Source: an uncultured virus (IMG/VR IMGVR_UViG_3300032050_000089)
Taxonomy: Duplodnaviria; Heunggongvirae; Uroviricota; Caudoviricetes
Direction: 5' to 3' (one strand)
Length of the DNA stretch: 20,000 nt
Virus record (IMG/VR): IMGVR_UViG_3300032050_000089
Below, piece by piece: positions 15,507 through 20,000 of this stretch. Below the pieces are notes generated by a model that worked only from the letters and a program-made list of their open reading frames with translations, searched no databases and had not been told where the DNA came from. Numbering within the stretch: the first letter of the stretch is position 1; each line of letters starts with the position of its first letter. A program made the translations under genes and the position numbers.

Positions 15507-15965
15507 ATGCCCTACCAAATGATTCAGCCACGCTGCATCGTCGTGACCCGCCATGCGGGTCTCGTTGAGTTCCTCCGCGAGGAGGGACTCATCACCTCGG
15601 ATACCGAGGTGGTGGCCCACGCCACCCCCGAGGCGGTGACGGGATGCCGAGTGATCGGCATCCTCCCCCTCCACCTCGCCGCCAAGGCGGCAATGGTGGA
15701 GCAACCGATTCTCGACCTTCCCCCGGAACTCCGGGGGAAGGAGTTGACTGCCGCAGAGATGCGGCAGTACTTCAAGGGGATGGAGACCTTCGTGGTCTCC
15801 ACTCCCGCCGAACTGGAGACAAACCTCCAGAAGTCGAACGAAAACGGCCATCACGGATATGGCCGTACTCTCGGCAAGTGGGAACCGAAAGAGGAGTGGG
15901 TGTTCCCCACCCCCACCGCTGCCGAGTGGCGGCGGCAGAACATCGCGGACGGGATGGCATCGTAG
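15507..15965 (+). CDS. csx16: Csx16-like (Cas_VVA1548 family) putative cyclic oligoadenylate ring nuclease
   Basis: VVTRHAGLVEFL...VVAH......VIGILPLHLAA......LDLPPELRGKELTAAEM matches the Csx16 pattern (SRHxGA..W...VIGTLPxHLAA...LDLP...RGxELS.EE). Has an extra C-terminal tail of about 50 aa. Confidence 0.75.
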   Translation: MPYQMIQPRCIVVTRHAGLVEFLREEGLITSDTEVVAHATPEAVTGCRVIGILPLHLAAKAAMVEQPILDLPPELRGKELTAAEMRQYFKGMETFVVSTPAELETNLQKSNENGHHGYGRTLGKWEPKEEWVFPTPTAAEWRRQNIADGMAS

Positions 15966-16103
15966 CCGTCCCGTCCACTTCCCCCCTCCCCCCGCAAGCC
16001 TAGTGGCTCCGGGGGCAAGGGAACGGAAGGAACCCCGGAGGGGGGAGCGTTTCCCCCCTCCATCATCGTCTTGCCCCCACAGGGGCAGAAAGGAAGGTGG
16101 ACC

Positions 16104-16520
16104 ATGAAGATGTCCACCATCAAGACGGCATACCAGTTGCTGGATGCCACCGTGCAGGATCCCACCGCAATGGCGGTGGCAATCCTCACCCTCACCCGCG
16201 CTGGGCGGGTGTACGGGGGAGTCCGCCGTGGACTCCTCTGGGTCCGGACCGGGGCGCATTGCCCCGGGGTCGTCCCCCCTCCCGAATTCGTGGAGGTCTT
16301 CAAGCGTGAGGATGATATCCTCCTCACGCTTGAGGTTCTGTCCAGCCTCGACGGCGAGGCGGACGTGACCCACCCCATCGGGTGGATCTTCAACGACGGG
16401 AGCGTCTGGCTCTCGTCGTTCTCCGGTCGGGAGTCGGCCTGTCGTTATCGGGCCTACTTCCGGGAGGCGGTTATCCGCCTCCAGCCCAAGGCGGTGATGC
16501 GCCCCGCCCCGACCCGCTGA
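16104..16520 (+). CDS. hypothetical early protein
   Basis: AAGGAAGG RBS before the ATG at 16104 (MKMSTIKTAY...). GC3-biased. Confidence 0.7.
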   Translation: MKMSTIKTAYQLLDATVQDPTAMAVAILTLTRAGRVYGGVRRGLLWVRTGAHCPGVVPPPEFVEVFKREDDILLTLEVLSSLDGEADVTHPIGWIFNDGSVWLSSFSGRESACRYRAYFREAVIRLQPKAVMRPAPTR

Positions 16521-16573
16521 CCCTCGCACGGGAGGGGGTGTAGTTCACCCCCTCCCCCAACCCAAGGAGCCAC

Positions 16574-16834
16574 ATGGCATTTTTTCGTATTGGTCTTCCA
16601 CACCCCAATGGGGTGTGGGTCTTGGAGGCTTCCGCTGACTGCACCTGTTGCAGGGGCAGCGGAACCTTCGTGGAGCGTCACGGTCCCGGCTTGAACGAGC
16701 CGATGGACTGTGACTGCGCGTTCGCTCTCCTCACTCCCGAGGAGAGCGAAGAAATTGAACGCGGTGCCGCGTTCATCGTTGAACCCGCCCCAGCGTATCT
16801 GGAGCGGATGTCCCAGTCTCATCAGGAGAATTGA
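16574..16834 (+). CDS. small putative zinc-finger protein
   Basis: AAGGAG RBS. Motif DCTCCRGSG...DCDC. Confidence 0.7.
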   Translation: MAFFRIGLPHPNGVWVLEASADCTCCRGSGTFVERHGPGLNEPMDCDCAFALLTPEESEEIERGAAFIVEPAPAYLERMSQSHQEN

Positions 16835-16837
16835 ATC

Positions 16838-17311
16838 GTGAACTTCACTACCGACCCGACCAAGGCCTACTCCATCCTCACCGCCATGGCAGCGAAGGGG
16901 GGCCGTACTGCCCCCTTCGCCCTCTCCCTCGCGGGAGCGATCATCCAGAACCGTGTCTCCCCCAAGCAGGGGGAGTGGATCGACAAGTTGTGCCGCCCCG
17001 TCGCCGGGGAGGCTGAGTCGATCTCCCTGCCCCGCATCGTCGCGGCCATGCGCCGTGCCGACCGCAAGGCTCGCAAGTTCGTGATCCTCGTCGGGGATCT
17101 CACGATCACGGGCCGCTACACCGCCCTCGACTCGTTCCGCGCGAACCCGGCCAACCGTGGCTCGGTCTCCTTCAGCGTCGGTGAGTACGGCGATCCCGCG
17201 TCCAAGTGGTTCGGGCGCATCAACGCGCAGGGTGAGTTCGCCCCCGGCAAGGACTCCACAGAGGCTTTCGTGGCCTATCTCAAGGCGTGGGAGGCGAACC
17301 TCCCCGAGTGA
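16838..17311 (+). CDS. hypothetical early protein
   Basis: AGGAG RBS, GTG start, strong GC3 bias. Motifs LAGAII..RVSPKQGEWIDKL and WFGRINAQGEF. Confidence 0.75.
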   Translation: MNFTTDPTKAYSILTAMAAKGGRTAPFALSLAGAIIQNRVSPKQGEWIDKLCRPVAGEAESISLPRIVAAMRRADRKARKFVILVGDLTITGRYTALDSFRANPANRGSVSFSVGEYGDPASKWFGRINAQGEFAPGKDSTEAFVAYLKAWEANLPE

Positions 17312-17378
17312 TACAATGGCGACGGGGAGGGGGGCGTTCCCCCTCCCCTACCCTTCAACTTTGAAAGGAAATTTTCCG

Positions 17379-17750
17379 ATGGCTCTCAATTACAATCTCG
17401 ACAACATTCTCAACTCCGGTTCGGTGTGCTTCCGCGACGATGGCACGATGTGCCCAGATACTTACCACCTGATCTGGGCCACCATGGCCCTTGATCTCGG
17501 CAAGATCACGAAGGAGAACATCAAGGAGTGGATGGTGCGCCTCAAGTTCCTCTCCATCGTGGACTCCGAGAATGGTATCTGGGATACCATCAGTGAGGAA
17601 GTGGTGACCATCCACATCGGCCTCTCCACCAACGTGTCGAGCACCACCCGTGCTCAGTTCAAGAAGAAGATCATCAACGGAGTCGAGCGCAACGCTCTCA
17701 ACCGCGTTCGCTACGCTGCGAACAACCCCACCGTGGTTCAGGTGGGCTGA
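17379..17750 (+). CDS. hypothetical early protein
   Basis: GAAAGGAA RBS before the ATG at 17379 (MALNYNLDNI...LIWATM...IGLSTNVS). Confidence 0.8.
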   Translation: MALNYNLDNILNSGSVCFRDDGTMCPDTYHLIWATMALDLGKITKENIKEWMVRLKFLSIVDSENGIWDTISEEVVTIHIGLSTNVSSTTRAQFKKKIINGVERNALNRVRYAANNPTVVQVG

Positions 17751-17798
17751 TTCATGCTCCAATCCGCTCCCCCGCGCCTGTATGGGCGGGGGTTTGCG

Positions 17799-17878
17799 GA
17801 TCTATCAGCACTGAGTGGCCCTGCCACTCAGTGCTGAGGCCTCAGCATTTAGAGCTTTGCTCTAAATGCTGATAGGTC
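17799..17878. repeat. double-hairpin palindromic element, copy 1
   Basis: GATCTA-TCAGCACTGAGTGGC-CCT-GCCACTCAGTGCTGA-GGCC-TCAGCATTTAGAGC-TTT-GCTCTAAATGCTGA-TAGGTC. Confidence 0.9.
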
Positions 17879-17922
17879 CTGCGGCGTGGTTTCGTTTCGT
17901 TTTTTTCTGGATTCTTTCGTAG

Positions 17923-17952
17923 TGCTCAAGTCATCGGGGCATCATGCCGATA
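17923..17952 (+). promoter_or_regulatory. repeated early promoter copy B (sigma28/FliA-like)
   Basis: TGCTCAAGTCATCGGGGCATCATGCCGATA, preceded by the T-rich TTTCTGGATTCTTT shared with copy C. Confidence 0.75.
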
Positions 17953-18012
17953 TAGTATATGCAAGCACTTCGCTTGTACGGTAGCCGTCCGGAACGGCAA
18001 GGGAATAGAATC

Positions 18013-18903
18013 ATGAACGCATCGCTCTCGCTCGCTGTCCTGTCCGATACCATCGTCAAGGGCAAGCCGATCAACTGGGTCGGTGTCCGCGCCGCCGCAC
18101 TCGCTGCCGAGCGCGATTGGGCGCAGGGCGCACCCATGCCCGAGGGGTCGGGGCCGATCCTCACGGCCCCCACGGGTAACCTCAAGATGACGAAGGGCGA
18201 CGGCCTCCCAGTCTATTCGCTCTCGCTCGCTCCCGCTGACCTGTCCGGGTACGAAGTCTGCCCGTGGCGCACGGTCGATTGCACCCGTGGTTGCATCGGC
18301 CATCGCGCTGGTAATGCGCGGTTCCCGTCCACCATGCGTGGTCGCGTGAATCGCACTATCGAATTGGCAGAGAATCCGTATCGGTTCTTCCGTCGCGTGC
18401 TCCGCGACCTGTCGAACGCACGCAAGCGCGGCCCGTTTGCCTACCGTGACAACGCATTCTCCGACATTCCGTGGGGGTCGATCCTCCCGACGCTCCACAC
18501 GTTCGCGGCGCAGCACTACAATTACACGAAGAGTGTGCAGATGGCGTTCGCTTCCCTGCGGGTTCGCAAGGAACACGCCATGTGTGGGGTTCGTGGTGAT
18601 TCGCTCATGCACCACACGCTGTCGTTCACTGGTGATAACATTCGGGAGTGCATGATGTACCTTCGCGCGGGTGGCAACGTGGCTGTGATCATGAACAAGC
18701 GCAAGGCGGATCCGGTTCCCGATACCGTGTGGGGGTTCCCTGCGGTGGACGGGGATGCCAACGACCGTCGCTACATGGATCCCGCCGGATCCGTGGCCGT
18801 CCTGACCCCGAAGGCGGGACTCGACCGCACTCGCAAGTGGGTGGTGCACCCGTGCGAGACTGGATCGGATTCCGCCGAACAGCGGATCGAATCCATCCAC
18901 TAA
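18013..18903 (+). CDS. GP88-family phage protein
   Basis: NLKMTK...YSLSLAPADLSGYEVCPWRT..CTRGCI...AG; R.NAFSDIPW; YNYTK; HHTLSFTG; GGNVAV; DGD.ND.RYMDP. Confidence 0.8.
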   Translation: MNASLSLAVLSDTIVKGKPINWVGVRAAALAAERDWAQGAPMPEGSGPILTAPTGNLKMTKGDGLPVYSLSLAPADLSGYEVCPWRTVDCTRGCIGHRAGNARFPSTMRGRVNRTIELAENPYRFFRRVLRDLSNARKRGPFAYRDNAFSDIPWGSILPTLHTFAAQHYNYTKSVQMAFASLRVRKEHAMCGVRGDSLMHHTLSFTGDNIRECMMYLRAGGNVAVIMNKRKADPVPDTVWGFPAVDGDANDRRYMDPAGSVAVLTPKAGLDRTRKWVVHPCETGSDSAEQRIESIH

Positions 18904-18956
18904 CGAACTATTCCCCCAGCCGCCCCCGTCCCGGAGAGATCCGGGGCGGGTGGTTT

Positions 18957-19037
18957 GATCTATCAGCATTGGGTGGGCAAGCCACCCAATGCTGATGCCT
19001 CAACATTTAGAGCATAAGCTCTAAATGTTGATAGATC
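18957..19037. repeat. double-hairpin palindromic element, copy 2
   Basis: GATCTA-TCAGCATTGGGTGG-GCAAG-CCACCCAATGCTGA-TGCC-TCAACATTTAGAGC-ATAA-GCTCTAAATGTTGA-TAGATC. Confidence 0.9.
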
Positions 19038-19116
19038 GCCCCCGTCCGATAATGCTGGTTCTCGCTGGTTTCAATGCCGTTTGAAACCACAAGTTTGTTT
19101 CTGGATTCTTTGCGGT

Positions 19117-19146
19117 TGCTAAAGTCATCGGGGCATCACGCCGATA
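19117..19146 (+). promoter_or_regulatory. repeated early promoter copy C (sigma28/FliA-like)
   Basis: TGCTAAAGTCATCGGGGCATCACGCCGATA, i.e. TAAA-N16-GCCGATA. Confidence 0.78.
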
Positions 19147-19241
19147 CTATTAGTGTGGTGAGCGTGTTGCTCATCACGGGATGGCAACCTAACGCCCCCA
19201 ACGCACTCCGCGTATGGGTGACCAGTCTGAAAGGTACTACC

Positions 19242-20000
19242 ATGGCTCACATGATCTTCAAGAACGATTCCGTCGCGGTCGCACAGCAGCAGGCGTGGCA
19301 CGGCCTCGCCAAGGTGCTGCCCGATACCTTCACGCCGCAGCAGGCGCGCGACCTCGTCGCCCCGTGGGATGCGTTGGAAACCTGCGATCTGACCATCAAC
19401 CTCGCGGACGGCTCCAAGCAGTCGTGCGACGAGTTCAAGGTCATCATCCGTTCCGATGACCGCAGCGTCCTCGGGATGCACTCCTCGGGGTACACCATGC
19501 TCCCGGTGCAGTCGTTCTTCGACCTCGCGTATGAGTTCCAGTCCGGTTCCGACGAGGTCGAGGTCGAGACCGCTGGCACCCTGCGCGGCGGTCGCTTGCT
19601 GTTCCTCGCCCTTGCGGGTAACACCGTGGATATCGGGTCGCGCGGCGACTCGCTCTGCCCGTACCTCATGCTCTCGACTTCGTTCGACGGCACGACCCCG
19701 ACCCGCGTCGATCCGACCGCGATTCGTCCGGTCTGCTACAACACGGTCAGCGCGGCATGGGCTTCGTCCCGCGCTGGCATGAGCCTCAAGCACACTTCCA
19801 AGGCCGATGACCGCATGGACAGCATTCGCAAGGCCATCCTGAACTGGCGCATGGGCATCGATGCCCTGACCACCAAGGCGCGCGGCATGGAGGCCGCACC
19901 TGTCCGCAGCCGCGCGGATGTTCAGGAGTACTTCCTCCGCGCGTTGGAGTCGATCTACGGCAAGTTGCCCTCGCCGTCCACGACCAACAAGCGCGAGCGT
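19242..20000 (+). CDS. DUF932 (TIGR03299 phage/plasmid-like) protein, 3'-truncated
   Basis: Hand translation: MAHMIFKNDS...AWHGLAKVL...VETAGTLRGGRLLFLAL...PYLMLSTSFDGT...IRPVCYNT...KHT. AAAGG RBS. Absent from the ORF track because it runs off the window. Confidence 0.85.
   Translation, partial: MAHMIFKNDSVAVAQQQAWHGLAKVLPDTFTPQQARDLVAPWDALETCDLTINLADGSKQSCDEFKVIIRSDDRSVLGMHSSGYTMLPVQSFFDLAYEFQSGSDEVEVETAGTLRGGRLLFLALAGNTVDIGSRGDSLCPYLMLSTSFDGTTPTRVDPTAIRPVCYNTVSAAWASSRAGMSLKHTSKADDRMDSIRKAILNWRMGIDALTTKARGMEAAPVRSRADVQEYFLRALESIYGKLPSPSTTNKRER

Noticed and set aside
14955..16529. 524-aa minus-strand ORF
   Set aside because: Antisense shadow of three GC3-biased plus-strand genes that have RBSs and a promoter. 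Its composition is Gly/Arg/His-rich and lacks motifs.
17926..19793. Minus-strand ORFs 17926-18969, 19125-19793 and 19247-19693, and plus-strand ORFs 19214-19459 and 19456-19782
   Set aside because: Shadows or off-frame ORFs of the recognisable GP88 and DUF932 genes.
14850..20000. GC-rich segment as host chromosome (prophage boundary)
   Set aside because: The genes are phage-type with repeated phage-style promoters, and no integrase, att site or housekeeping gene is seen. A chimeric assembly remains possible.

Overview
This window looks like part of a large T4-like (myovirus-type) phage genome with three compositional and regulatory zones. (1) 1-6.3 kb: the end of a Cys-rich gene, then a sigma70-type block with GMP reductase, a DenV-like glycosylase, a Zn-deaminase, five tRNAs (Arg-TCT, Gln-CTG, Gly-TCC, Asn-GTT, Ile-TAT) and two probable non-tRNA structured RNAs. 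(2) 6.3-14.8 kb: very AT-rich late genes, most with a T4-type TAAATA late promoter 4-5 nt before the ATG. Many begin with a T4-like capsid-targeting peptide (M-x-x-F-x-x-[YF]-[LI]-x-E). This zone includes a nucleotidyltransferase, a lysozyme-like/LysM protein, a ParB-like protein and a PEP-CTERM-type protein, and it has GGGACCC repeats near its right edge. (3) From about 14.85 kb: an abrupt GC-rich, cassette-like early region with three near-identical sigma28/FliA-like promoters, conserved intergenic hairpins and two copies of a covarying double-hairpin element. It encodes a stand-alone Csx16-like putative ring nuclease (candidate anti-type III CRISPR protein), a GP88 protein and a DUF932 protein. 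Some features hint at a planctomycete host. All family calls come from motif recognition, not database searches.
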